Shown one piece after another: positions 46,619 through 56,251 of a stretch of 64,000 bases of DNA. The translations under genes were made by a program, and so were the position numbers. The notes beneath the pieces were generated by a model, which ran no database searches, was not told the DNA's origin, and saw only the letters and a list, made by a program, of their open reading frames with translations. How positions within the stretch are numbered: the first letter of the stretch is position 1; each line of letters opens with the position of its first letter. Location of the stretch: the NCBI GenBank assembly GCA_016222905.1, contig JACRPZ010000005.1:142-64141 (forward strand), read 5' to 3'. This DNA comes from Nitrospirota bacterium (lineage in GTDB: Bacteria > Nitrospirota > Thermodesulfovibrionia > UBA6902).

Positions 46619-46921
46619 ATGAAATTAAATTGTTGGGAGTTTAAGAAATGCGGGAGAGAAGTGACCGGCGCACATGTGATTGAATTTGGGGTATGTCCGG
46701 CGTGTGAAGAAAAAAAACTTAATGGTATTCACGACGGTACTAACGGGGGCAGGGCCTGCTGGGCAATTGCAGGAACCATGTGCGGCGGAAAGGTGCAGGG
46801 CACTTACGCAGAGAAGGAGAAGAACTGCCAGATCTGTGATTTTTATAAATCAGTGCAGAAAGATGAGTTCGGCAAATTTCATATGATAATGGAACTGCGG
46901 AAGATGTTAGGCCATATTTGA
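46619..46921 (+). CDS. Small cysteine-rich protein (10 Cys; CWEFKKC, CPAC, ACWAIAGTMCGG, CQIC)
   Basis: ORF with an RBS (aacggaggtcttgtctaATG). Likely metal-binding. Family not assigned. Confidence 0.5.
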   Translation: MKLNCWEFKKCGREVTGAHVIEFGVCPACEEKKLNGIHDGTNGGRACWAIAGTMCGGKVQGTYAEKEKNCQICDFYKSVQKDEFGKFHMIMELRKMLGHI

Positions 46922-46937
46922 AATTGCCTGACGGCTG

Positions 46938-48239
46938 TCATCTCTTCTTCAATGCCTCTTCAACTGTTTTTATAGCGCAGAAATCTCCGCACATGCTGCA
47001 TACATGAGACTCGGTCGGCGGGACTTCGGCGCGCCACTGTCTCACTTTGTCCGGATTCAATGACAAAGCTATCTGACCGTTCCAGTCGAGCGCTTTTCTC
47101 CTCTTTGCCATTTCAATGTCGAGGTCTATCGCGCCTTTGACGCCCTTTGCAATATCTGCTGCATGAGCCGCTATCTTTGATGCGATGACGCCTTCTTTCA
47201 CGTCTTCAATATTCGGAAGTCTGATATGTTCGGCAGGCGTAACGTAGCAAAGGAAATCCGCTCCCGCCGCTCCGGCGATAGCTCCGCCTATGGCAGCGGC
47301 GATATGATCATAGCCCATTGCAATATCAGTCACAAGAGGGCCGAGCACATAGAACGGCGCGCCTTTGCAGATCTCCTTCTGCATTTTGATGTTCAGCTCA
47401 ACCTGATTGATCGGTACGTGACCGGGGCCCTCGATAATCACCTGCACGCCTGCCTTAACAGCCCTCTCCTGTAACCCGCCGAGTGTCAGCAGTTCATCTA
47501 TCTGCGTTCTGTCAGTTGCGTCTGCGATGCATCCGGGACGCGCGCTATCGCCGAGACTCAATGTGAGGTCATACTTTCTTGAAATCTCAAGAAGCCTGTC
47601 ATAATCCTCATAAAGCGGATTTTCCCTGTCGTTGTATATCATCCACTCAACAAGAAACGCACCGCCTCTGCTGACAATATCAAGTATCCTGCCCTCGTTA
47701 CGCAGTGTCTCTATAGTCCTTCTCGTAAATCCGCTGTGGACCGTTACAAAATCCACACCCTGTTCAGCATGTTCTTCTATGACTGTGAAAAGGTCGTCAG
47801 CGCTCATTTTTGAGATCGAGCCTCTCTCTTCAGCGGCCTTTGCAACCGCTTCGTAAATCGGAACTGTCCCGACCGCAACAGGAGATTTTCTGAGGAGCAG
47901 CTTTCTGATGTCCCTTATCGGGCCTCCGGTAGAGAGATCCATAACAGCATCAGCGCCGTATTTCACAAGCACGTCGAGCTTTTCCATCTCATCATCAAGA
48001 GAGATCTTGTCCTTTGACGTGCCGATGTTCGCGTTTATCTTTGTCCTTAACCCTCTGCCGATGCCGAGAGGCTTAATGTCGTGGAAAGCATTCCGAGAGA
48101 TGACTGTAAATCCTGACGCAATATCCTGTGATAATTTCTCAGGCTCAATGCCCTCATCAAGCGCAACCTGCTTCACCTCTTCAGTGATGATGCCCTTCTT
48201 TGCGATATCTATCCTTGTTTCTTTTATATCTCCGGCCAT
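46938..48239 (-). CDS. thiC: Phosphomethylpyrimidine synthase ThiC
   Basis: Conserved ThiC core (KINANIGTS, radical-SAM-like C-terminal CSMCGDFC). Confidence 0.9.
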   Translation of the reverse strand: MAGDIKETRIDIAKKGIITEEVKQVALDEGIEPEKLSQDIASGFTVISRNAFHDIKPLGIGRGLRTKINANIGTSKDKISLDDEMEKLDVLVKYGADAVMDLSTGGPIRDIRKLLLRKSPVAVGTVPIYEAVAKAAEERGSISKMSADDLFTVIEEHAEQGVDFVTVHSGFTRRTIETLRNEGRILDIVSRGGAFLVEWMIYNDRENPLYEDYDRLLEISRKYDLTLSLGDSARPGCIADATDRTQIDELLTLGGLQERAVKAGVQVIIEGPGHVPINQVELNIKMQKEICKGAPFYVLGPLVTDIAMGYDHIAAAIGGAIAGAAGADFLCYVTPAEHIRLPNIEDVKEGVIASKIAAHAADIAKGVKGAIDLDIEMAKRRKALDWNGQIALSLNPDKVRQWRAEVPPTESHVCSMCGDFCAIKTVEEALKKR

Positions 48240-48240
48240 T

Positions 48241-48876
48241 TCACTCTCCTAAAATATTTATTAGTTCTCTTGTCTTTTCTTTTATATCATCGGCACATAA
48301 TATCTCGGATATCATGGCCGCCCCGTATGCGCCGGACTTCTTCACTTCATCTATATTTTCAGACTTTACACCGCCAAGCGCTAAGACAGGTATACTCATC
48401 TCCTTGCAAACATTCTTCAGCCTGCTTAATCCAAGAGGCGTGCCGTACTTTAATTTTGAAGAAGTTTTGTAAAGAGGCCCGAATGTTACGAAATCAGCCC
48501 CGCCCTGCTCAGCCTCTTTTGCCTCTTTCAAAGAATGAGTTGAAACTCCAATCATCAATCTCTTCTTCACAACCTTTCTCACTGCATATGCTGGAATACT
48601 GTTCTGTGTAAGATGAACTCCATCTGCTCCGACTGCGAGCGCAATGTCAAGTCTGTCATTGATGAAAAGTCTCGCTTCATATTTCATAGTCAACTCTCTC
48701 ATTCTGTATGCCAGCTTCAACAACTCCCGCATCTCCAAATCTTTCTCTCTAAGTTGTACCACCTTCACCCCGCCTTTCAACGCCTGCCTGACGGCAGCAA
48801 TGAGCGAATAGCTATCAGCAATCAGTTTTCTGTCCGAAATTAAATAGAGATTGAAGTCTATGTTTCTCTTTTTCAC
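48241..48876 (-). CDS. thiE: Thiamine-phosphate synthase ThiE
   Basis: LYLISD N-terminus, TIM-barrel ThiE signatures (VQLREK, GADGVHL, LALGGV). Confidence 0.85.
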   Translation of the reverse strand: MKKRNIDFNLYLISDRKLIADSYSLIAAVRQALKGGVKVVQLREKDLEMRELLKLAYRMRELTMKYEARLFINDRLDIALAVGADGVHLTQNSIPAYAVRKVVKKRLMIGVSTHSLKEAKEAEQGGADFVTFGPLYKTSSKLKYGTPLGLSRLKNVCKEMSIPVLALGGVKSENIDEVKKSGAYGAAMISEILCADDIKEKTRELINILGE

Positions 48877-48895
48877 TCTTAATTTTTAACTGTTT

Positions 48896-49702
48896 TTAAA
48901 GCATTCCCTGTATCGGACTGCTTGCAGTCGCATATAGCTTTCTCTCTATCCTGCCCGCCTTATATGAAAGGCGTCCTGCCATTACGCCATACTTCATGGC
49001 TGTTGCCATTGCAATAGGGTCTTTCGCTCCTGCTATCGCGGTATTCAGCAGCACAGCATCACATCCAAGCTCCATCGCTATCGCAACATCAGAAGCAGTG
49101 CCAACACCTGCGTCAACAACAATAGGCACTTTCGCCTGTTCTAATATTATTTTTATGTTGTATGGATTTCGTATTCCAAGTCCCGAACCTATCGGAGCGG
49201 CAAGCGGCATGACAGCAGCAGCGCCAGCATCTACAAGACGCAATGCCATAACAGGGTCATCATTAGTATATGGAAGGACAATGAACCCCTCTTTCGCAAG
49301 TATCTCAGTCGCCTTGAGTGTTGCGCATGCATCAGGGAAGAGCGTCTTCTCATCACCTATGACCTCAAGCTTTATCAGGTCAGAGACCCCGGCCTCTCTC
49401 GCAAGTCGTGCATATCTCAATGCGTCTTCCATTGTATAGCAGCCTGCTGTGTTGGGAAGTATCTTGTACTTTTTGGGGTCTATGTAATCAAAGAGATTCT
49501 CTGATTTATTGTCAAAGATATTGGTACGTCTTACGGCAACGGTGACAACGTCAGCGCCCGATGCCTCGATGGCCTTTGCTGTCTCTTCAAAGTCTTTATA
49601 CTTCCCGGTCCCGACCCAGAGACGGGATTTGAATTCAATGCCTTTAATAACCAGTTTATCTTCCATACGTTCTCCGATTTTTATATTTTGTTTTAACTCC
49701 AA
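48896..49702 (-). CDS. thiG: Thiazole synthase ThiG
   Basis: LWVGTGKY...KLEVIGD...[13 protein letters not shown] ThiG signatures. Confidence 0.9.
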   Translation of the reverse strand: MELKQNIKIGERMEDKLVIKGIEFKSRLWVGTGKYKDFEETAKAIEASGADVVTVAVRRTNIFDNKSENLFDYIDPKKYKILPNTAGCYTMEDALRYARLAREAGVSDLIKLEVIGDEKTLFPDACATLKATEILAKEGFIVLPYTNDDPVMALRLVDAGAAAVMPLAAPIGSGLGIRNPYNIKIILEQAKVPIVVDAGVGTASDVAIAMELGCDAVLLNTAIAGAKDPIAMATAMKYGVMAGRLSYKAGRIERKLYATASSPIQGML

Positions 49703-49726
49703 ACTCTAAACTCTCAACTGTCTTTT

Positions 49727-49927
49727 CTATCCTCCTCCGACAAAATTTACTATCTCTACCGCATCGCCGTCTTTCAGAGCGTGTTCATTGAAATTGCACT
49801 TCTTCACGATCTGCAAATTCACCTCAACGGCAACCCGCGCAGGTTCGATCTTCAGGGTTTCAAGAAGTCCTGAAACCGTGAAGCCGTCCTGCATTTCTGA
49901 TTCTGTCCCGTTTATTTTAAGTTTCAT
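49727..49927 (-). CDS. thiS: Sulfur carrier protein ThiS
   Basis: 66 aa, ubiquitin-like, ends in GG. Confidence 0.8.
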   Translation of the reverse strand: MKLKINGTESEMQDGFTVSGLLETLKIEPARVAVEVNLQIVKKCNFNEHALKDGDAVEIVNFVGGG

Positions 49928-50037
49928 ATTAATTACCGAGCAAAGTTTTTATTATCTCTGTTTAGCTGTCATTCCGGCTTGCCTGTGCCCTATGTTTGGG
50001 TATCCAGAATCCTTCCTTAAGAAGGAGCATAAAAATA

Positions 50038-50128
50038 TCACCCTCCCCTTAGTCCCCTCCCCTCAAGGGAGGGGAATTGAAAGAGTCCCCTCGCCCCTTG
50101 GGGGAGAGGGTTAGGGAGAGGGGTATTT
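50038..50128 (+). repeat. Repeat family 2 copy 2 (halves in swapped order: Y then X), between thiH and thiS
   Basis: TCACCCTCCCCTTAGTCCCCTCCCCTCAAGGGAGGGGAATT ... CCCCTCGCCCCTTGGGGGAGAGGGTTAGGGAGAGGGGTATT. Confidence 0.8.
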
Positions 50129-50149
50129 TCGGTTCAAGGACACCCCTGG

Positions 50150-51457
50150 TTAAATATGTATATCCCTTTCCCCCGATTCTATCAACTTAAATTTCTCAGC
50201 CAGCCCGTTTGAGCTTTTTGCTATCTCTTCATCAAGCACCTTCTTTAATTTTTTCTTTACTTCGCCTGAAGCGCAGTCTTCAAGATATTCTTTCAGGCTC
50301 AACATCGCATTCTCGTGACAAAAATTTTTAATGCCCTCTTTCTCCGCAAGCTCTCTGAATCTCCCGCCGCTTCTGCCTTCCCTGTAACATGCGGTGCAAA
50401 GACTCGGCACAAGCCCGAGACTGACTATCTTATCTATAACTTCCTCCAAACTCCGCGCATCTCCTATCTCAAATTGTTCCGTATCGCCGTCGTGAAGATA
50501 GCCTGAGGGGCTTGTCTTTGAACCTGCAGATATCTGTGATGCACCGGTTGAAAGCAGTTCGTCTCTCAATTGAGCCGGCTCTCTTGTAGAGACAACAACT
50601 CCGACATACGGAAGCGCAAGCCTGTAGATAGCGACTATCTTTTTCAGATCATTATCAGATACTTTATGCTTCCAATTTATCCATGACCCTTGTGCAGGTT
50701 GAAGCCTCGGCACTGAGAGCGTGTGCGGCCCGAAGCCATATTTATTGATCAATCTGCGGCAGTGTGAGATCAATGCAGCAGCCTCCCACCGCCAATCATA
50801 AAGGCCGAGCAGCACGCCCATTCCCACGTCCTCAAAGCCAGCCTCAATCGCCCGGTCTATGACGCCGAGCCTCCAGGCGTAATCCGATTTAGCGCCGATT
50901 GGGTGCATGTGCCTGTATGTGGGGATGTGATAGGTCTCCTGAAAACACTGATACACGCCGATGCCCGCGCTTTTCAGCTTCCTGAAATCTTCCACGCTCA
51001 TCGGCGCAGTGTTAGCGTGAAGAATACGGATGTCCGTATTTTTGTAAATGGCATTTGCAACCTGCCCGATATAATCAATGCCTGCAAGTTTTGCGTGCTC
51101 GCTCGTTACGAGCAGAAGTCTCTTGTAGCCTCTGCCCGCAAGCAGTTTCGCTTCCTGAACCGCCTCGTCCACGCTAAGGGTTTTCCTTACTGCGTCTTTA
51201 TTGCCCTTTCTGAATCCGCAGTAGAGGCAGTCATTGGAGCACTCATTAGAAAGATAAAGCGGGGCAAAGAGAACTATACGTTTTCTGTAAACTTTCTCTT
51301 TGACCTTTCGGGCTGTGTCAAAGACCTCATCCCATAAAGCCTTATCCTCAAGTGCGAGAAGGCTTGACACCTCAGTCATATCAAGCACCCGAAGCTCAAG
51401 AGACTTGGCAAGTATCTCGCGGATGAAAGAAGGGTCAGTGTTTATATGTTTATTCAT
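50150..51457 (-). CDS. thiH: Radical SAM tyrosine lyase of the ThiH/HydG family (ThiH context, HydG-like C-terminal CX2CX22C motif)
   Basis: The radical SAM cluster motif reads CSNDCLYC (CxxxCxxC). The gene is the first in the TPP-riboswitch thiSGEC operon. The C-terminus reads CTAC-x22-C. Confidence 0.8.
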   Translation of the reverse strand: MNKHINTDPSFIREILAKSLELRVLDMTEVSSLLALEDKALWDEVFDTARKVKEKVYRKRIVLFAPLYLSNECSNDCLYCGFRKGNKDAVRKTLSVDEAVQEAKLLAGRGYKRLLLVTSEHAKLAGIDYIGQVANAIYKNTDIRILHANTAPMSVEDFRKLKSAGIGVYQCFQETYHIPTYRHMHPIGAKSDYAWRLGVIDRAIEAGFEDVGMGVLLGLYDWRWEAAALISHCRRLINKYGFGPHTLSVPRLQPAQGSWINWKHKVSDNDLKKIVAIYRLALPYVGVVVSTREPAQLRDELLSTGASQISAGSKTSPSGYLHDGDTEQFEIGDARSLEEVIDKIVSLGLVPSLCTACYREGRSGGRFRELAEKEGIKNFCHENAMLSLKEYLEDCASGEVKKKLKKVLDEEIAKSSNGLAEKFKLIESGERDIHI

Positions 51458-51550
51458 AATTATTGAGGCACAAAGGCACAGAGTAGCAAAGGGACAAAGT
51501 AAAAACTTTGAGCCTCAGTGCCTTTGTCTCTCTGCAACTTTCTTTAAAAA

Positions 51551-51695
51551 ATAAAAAACCGTATCCCTTGGTATTGAACCTAAAGGAATACGGTGAATGA
51601 TTCTTCATCCCTTTCCTCCGCCGGCATTATCCGGTTCAGGTTCGCGGGGTCTTCCCGAAACATCGGGAACTCTCAGGCTAATGCCTCCCCCAGGG
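51551..51695 (-). ncRNA. TPP (THI-box) riboswitch with terminator-type expression platform
   Basis: Minus strand reads GGGGAGGCATTAGCCTGAGAGTTCCC...GACCCCGCGAACCTGAACCGGATAATGCCGGCGGAGGAAAGGGA (aptamer). A CCGTATTCC...GGATACGG + T-run terminator follows at 51551-51600. A TTGACA-N18-TATACT promoter lies upstream at ~51704-51733. Confidence 0.85.
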
Positions 51696-51884
51696 TATTT
51701 AAAGTATATCTTCTCTCATAGAAAAGTGTCAACGATAAGAGAAAAGTCCCGCTGTTAGACTTTTGGGATAAGCCGTGCTACATTGTATAATTAACAATTT
51801 CATTGATTCCCTGAAGTCCGTGCCTATTTTTACTTCTTAAGGAAGGTCTAAACTGTAAACGCTTTTAGTGATTTCTTTACCTTA

Positions 51885-52880
51885 TTACGCCCCCACCAGA
51901 TGCTCAAGCGCTTCAAGCTGCTTTGTCTCTCCCATTGCAATAAGGGTGTCTCCCTGCTTTATGACGCTTGCCGAGGTCGGGTTAAACTCCATGTCGCCTG
52001 CTGCTCTCTTTATTGCAACGATTATTATTCCCAAATCCTTCCTTATTCCGCACTCATCAAGCCCTCGCCCCACAATATTAGAACCTTCTTTGACCTTGAT
52101 CTCTTCTATCTGAAGCTCAATGTTTCTGCTCCGTGTGGCAAATTCAATAAAATCAACAACAGCAGGCTTTAAGACCGTATGAGCTATCCTTACTCCGCCG
52201 ATATGGTATGGCGAGATAACATTATCAGCTCCCGCCCGAACCAGCTTATCCTCAACCCCTTCCTCGCTCGCTCTTGCCACGATCTTGAGTTTCGGGTTAA
52301 GGCCCCTTGCGGAAAGCACCACATAAAGGTTCTCAGCATCCGATGAAAGCACCGAGATTAAAGCACTCGCTCTCTCAACTCCCGCAGTTTTCAGAACAGA
52401 ATCCTGAGTTGCATCTCCCTCAAGCACAAGGATATCCTTGTCAACAGAGTTAAGTATTCCGGAGGTCTTTTCAATAACTACAAAAGAAGCGTTGTTCTGC
52501 ATCATCTCTTTGCATATTATCTTTCCCATTCTTCCGTAACCGCAGATAATGTAATGATTTTCTATCTTCTCGATCTTCTTATTCAATTTTTTCCTCCCTA
52601 AGATTTCTCTTATTTCTCCCTCGAAAATTACCCGTGCCGCAACGCCCAGCGCATAGAACATGGCTCCGACACCTGAGAGTATCAGGAGAATTGTAAATGC
52701 TCTGCCTGTATTGGTCAAAGCATGCACTTCTCCATATCCTACGGTAGTCAGAGTGATAATCGTCATATACAGCGAATCGAAAAAGTTCCATCCCTCTATC
52801 ACTGAGTAGCCGATTGTTCCAAAGGATATGACCCCAATTATGGCAACAATAGGGTATATTATCCGGAGTTTCAAATCCAT
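51885..52880 (-). CDS. Potassium channel with RCK (TrkA-N) domain (MthK-like)
   Basis: Selectivity filter TVGYGE, two TM helices plus a pore, and a C-terminal Rossmann-like RCK domain (IICGYGRMG). Confidence 0.85.
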   Translation of the reverse strand: MDLKLRIIYPIVAIIGVISFGTIGYSVIEGWNFFDSLYMTIITLTTVGYGEVHALTNTGRAFTILLILSGVGAMFYALGVAARVIFEGEIREILGRKKLNKKIEKIENHYIICGYGRMGKIICKEMMQNNASFVVIEKTSGILNSVDKDILVLEGDATQDSVLKTAGVERASALISVLSSDAENLYVVLSARGLNPKLKIVARASEEGVEDKLVRAGADNVISPYHIGGVRIAHTVLKPAVVDFIEFATRSRNIELQIEEIKVKEGSNIVGRGLDECGIRKDLGIIIVAIKRAAGDMEFNPTSASVIKQGDTLIAMGETKQLEALEHLVGA

Positions 52881-52950
52881 GAGTAATTATAAAGAATTAC
52901 GCTGTGCTTTAGCCATAAATGCTGATATTTCTTGTAATCTTACTACAGTT

Positions 52951-53046
52951 TCCCCTTTCCCCTTGAGGGAGAGGGTTAGAGTGAGGGGTAATTTAACAAG
53001 ACTTTTCACACTTCCCTTAATCCCCTCCCCTCAAGGGAGGGGAGAT
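52951..53046 (+). repeat. Repeat family 2 copy 3 (X then Y)
   Basis: TCCCCTTTCCCCTTGAGGGAGAGGGTTAGAGTGAGGGGTAAT ... CACACTTCCCTTAATCCCCTCCCCTCAAGGGAGGGGAGAT. Confidence 0.8.
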
Positions 53047-53069
53047 AACTTACGGTCATTACCAGGGAT

Positions 53070-54386
53070 TTAACCGACTTTTTTGATCAAGCTGAATAAC
53101 TTATCTGCCAGCTTGGTATTAATGGTCTTCAGCGTCTTATATTTTTCGAGGGCTGCGCCTTTATCGTTCAGGAATAAATAGACAATGCCGAGATTGTAAT
53201 GCGCTTCAGCGTAATCGGGCCTGTATTTTAAAACCTTTTGAAAGGCCGAGGCTGCTTCGCGGTAGGAAGCTGATTTTTCATAGGCGATTCCGAGGTTGTA
53301 GTGTGCGTCCGCAAAATCAGGTTTAAGCATAACAGCCTGTTTGCCTGCCTCGATCCCCTCTTTGTACATGCCGAGCTTCCCATAGGCAACGCCTAAATTG
53401 TAATACGCATCCGCAAAATCAGGTTCAAGCCTTACAGCCTGCTTCAATACTTCCACAGCCTCTTTATACATGGCGAGTTTTCCATAGGTAATTCCGAGAC
53501 TGAAGTGAGCGTCTGCAAAATCAGCGTTTAATTTTATCGCCTCCCTGTAATCCCTTGCAGCCTCTTTATACTTACCCCTATTTTCATATGCTACGCCTCG
53601 ATAATAGCGGGCATCCGCAAAACCGGGCTTCCGACTTATCGCCTCTGTGAACACATCTATTGCATCTTTATGCGCTCCAACCTCGGAGAGATAATAGCCG
53701 AGATAAAACCAGTACTCTGCTGTATTACGGTAATTTTTTATTATGCTCTCTATTGCGGTAACCGCCCCACTGATCTTCAATTTGTCTCTAATGACATCCG
53801 CAGGCATTGCAAGGATGAGGTTTTCTGTTCTTTTTATGAGAAATGTTGTCATGCCGATAACCTCACCGTTCTTGTTAAATAAGGGGCTGCCGCTGCTTCC
53901 ATGCGAAACCGGAGCAGTAATCTCGACAACCTTTCGTCCTGGAGAGATTATCCTCATCCTCCTGAATGTGCCTTTAGAAATAGTATTCCCGGAATCTTTC
54001 GAGCTGCTTATGATATAAACTTTCTCGCCTGAATTTATCTGCCCGGCATCTCCGAATTTTACGGGATGCAGATCTTTCCCTTTTACCCTGAGTATCACAA
54101 AATCGTTTTCCTTGTCTGCGTACATCACTCCTTCAACATCCAGAACCTTGATACCCGACCTTATCTTTATATCCTTTGCAATACCTATAACATGATAGTT
54201 TGTAATCACCGCGCCATCCGCGCTTGCGATAAATCCTGTCCCTTCGGTAAGCGGCTCGCCTTTTTTGTTATACGCTGTAACAACAACTATTGACTCTTGA
54301 TTCTCCCTGAAAACCGTGTAGTTATCAGCGGAAGAGAGAGAGGGAAACAATAATAATGCGATCAGCAGCAGGAATTTTTTCACCAT
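53070..54386 (-). CDS. Trypsin-like serine protease fused to TPR repeats (secreted)
   Basis: Signal peptide. S1 protease motifs around His (TNYHVIG) and the active Ser (GSSGSPLF). Six or more TPR repeats (AxxYxxLGxxY pattern). Confidence 0.8.
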   Translation of the reverse strand: MVKKFLLLIALLLFPSLSSADNYTVFRENQESIVVVTAYNKKGEPLTEGTGFIASADGAVITNYHVIGIAKDIKIRSGIKVLDVEGVMYADKENDFVILRVKGKDLHPVKFGDAGQINSGEKVYIISSSKDSGNTISKGTFRRMRIISPGRKVVEITAPVSHGSSGSPLFNKNGEVIGMTTFLIKRTENLILAMPADVIRDKLKISGAVTAIESIIKNYRNTAEYWFYLGYYLSEVGAHKDAIDVFTEAISRKPGFADARYYRGVAYENRGKYKEAARDYREAIKLNADFADAHFSLGITYGKLAMYKEAVEVLKQAVRLEPDFADAYYNLGVAYGKLGMYKEGIEAGKQAVMLKPDFADAHYNLGIAYEKSASYREAASAFQKVLKYRPDYAEAHYNLGIVYLFLNDKGAALEKYKTLKTINTKLADKLFSLIKKVG

Positions 54387-54432
54387 CAGATTATAACAGT
54401 ATGGAAAATTTATTTAAGGACAGAGGGGGGTA

Positions 54433-55218
54433 TCATCCGATTATATCATTTAGGGTTACAACACCTCTACATGGTTCTATCTTGTTGATCAGAACGGGTG
54501 TTGTCTGAAGATACGTTATAAGACCTTTAACTTCACCGCCTGTAATAAAAAACGCCCTGCCGCCATATGGGATACCTTTCTTTTTAATGCGCGGAAGTCT
54601 TATATATCCGTGAGCGCGTGTGGCTACATATCCTGTTGTATAGCCAGGGTTGTCCGAGATGCAAAGTTCGCCGAGTATCATTGGATGGCGATGCACCTTA
54701 CTTACAAGTATCAGCGCCTCTTTTACTGTACTATTGTTAATGCCGAGTTTTCCTAATTTCATAGAGAGGTCTGCTGAAGCCTCTTTTGTTATGCCCATTC
54801 GCGTAACCCTGACACCTCTTAAAAGGTCCGGCTCCAGTCTTACACCTTCAATATCCAGCAGCATAGCACCTCTCATGGTAATCCCAAGGGTGAGACATTT
54901 AAACGCCTCCTCTATGGCCCTCTCGGTAATGCCTACTGACGAGAGTATTTTAGAGGATGCCCTTTTTGCTGCTTCGGCATTTCTTGTGTTTAGAGTGTAA
55001 AGCGGCAGAGAATGGATTCTGACGGGTTTCTCTTTAAGCTCTTCAACAATAATCCTTATCTCCTCAGCTCTCCCCTTTTCATGCAAAAAAGTCCTTTTTG
55101 TATATTCCTGAACTATAGTTACAACATCATCCTTATCATATATGCCTTCGGCGCCAGATATATGCATGCTGCCTCTGGACGCCCTCATCCTGACGCTGTA
55201 GAAAGTTAGTTTAGGCAT
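54433..55218 (-). CDS. bioW: 6-carboxyhexanoate-CoA ligase (pimeloyl-CoA synthetase) BioW
   Basis: TFYSVRMRAS...HISG...VRVTRM...KEALILVSKVHRHP...ELCISDNPGYTTGYVA closely follows the Bacillus BioW pattern. Adjacent to bioB. Confidence 0.8.
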   Translation of the reverse strand: MPKLTFYSVRMRASRGSMHISGAEGIYDKDDVVTIVQEYTKRTFLHEKGRAEEIRIIVEELKEKPVRIHSLPLYTLNTRNAEAAKRASSKILSSVGITERAIEEAFKCLTLGITMRGAMLLDIEGVRLEPDLLRGVRVTRMGITKEASADLSMKLGKLGINNSTVKEALILVSKVHRHPMILGELCISDNPGYTTGYVATRAHGYIRLPRIKKKGIPYGGRAFFITGGEVKGLITYLQTTPVLINKIEPCRGVVTLNDIIG

Positions 55219-56177
55219 TACAATTCAAGTCCCATATCTTTGATCATCTGTATATCTTCCGCAGGATCTCCTCCTGATGTAGTCAGGTAATTGCCGATCA
55301 GAAGTCCATCGGCTCCGGCCAAAAAAAGATGAGAGGTAAGCCCTCTTAAAGTTGAACGCCGTCCTCCGCATATCCTGATTTCACGGTCAGGCATTATAAT
55401 CCTGTAGATCGCTACTATTTTCAGCGCCTCCATAGGAGAGAGCGTTTGGCTGTTTCCCATAGGTGTTCCGGCTATCGGCGATAAGAAGTTTATCGGCACA
55501 GAGTCAGCGCCTGTATCCCTGATTGCAAAAGCCATATCAATACGGTCCTCCCATGACTCTCCAAGTCCGAATATACCCCCGCTGCATACTGAAAGACCAA
55601 GAGATTTGGCGCAGTTAATGGTCCTTAATTTGTCTTTATATGTATGCGTAGTGCATATCTCTTTAAAGAAGGCTTCAGAAGTCTCAAGGTTATGATGATA
55701 TCTGTGAAGTCCCGCGTCTCTTAACCGGCTTAACTGATATTCATCAAGCATGCCGAGTGTAGCACATGGTAACAGACCCATGAGGCTTATATCTGAAATA
55801 AGATCGCATATTTTATCAAGTTCGCTTGCAGATGTTTTTTTGCCGCTCGTTACAATGCAGAAACGCCTGGCTCTATTTTCTTTGGCTGAGAGCGCGGCCT
55901 TAAGTATCTCTTTTTTCTCAAGCAGCGGATAAACCTTTGCGGCTGTCCTGCTGTGAGCGGACTGCGCGCAGAACGAGCAGTCTTCAGGGCACGCCCCTGA
56001 TTTGGCATTTATAATTGAACATAAATCAACCTTGCTGCCTTTGTGCTCTATCCTCAACTTGTTGGCAATATAAAGAAGCTCATATATTTCCGCCCCTTTC
56101 ATGGTTGAGAAAGAGAGGGCGCTCTTTTTCTCAATTATATGCTCCGTACTATACTTTGTGACCGTTTTGGCTGGCAT
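55218..56177 (-). CDS. bioB: Biotin synthase BioB
   Basis: The radical SAM cluster motif reads CPEDCSFC (CxxxCxxC); BioB family length and context. Confidence 0.9.
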   Translation of the reverse strand: MPAKTVTKYSTEHIIEKKSALSFSTMKGAEIYELLYIANKLRIEHKGSKVDLCSIINAKSGACPEDCSFCAQSAHSRTAAKVYPLLEKKEILKAALSAKENRARRFCIVTSGKKTSASELDKICDLISDISLMGLLPCATLGMLDEYQLSRLRDAGLHRYHHNLETSEAFFKEICTTHTYKDKLRTINCAKSLGLSVCSGGIFGLGESWEDRIDMAFAIRDTGADSVPINFLSPIAGTPMGNSQTLSPMEALKIVAIYRIIMPDREIRICGGRRSTLRGLTSHLFLAGADGLLIGNYLTTSGGDPAEDIQMIKDMGLEL

Positions 56178-56251
56178 CGTGTATTATTTACATGAATTGC
56201 GGACATTGTCAATATTTGGGAAAACAAGCTTGGGCAGATAATGTAGAACTT

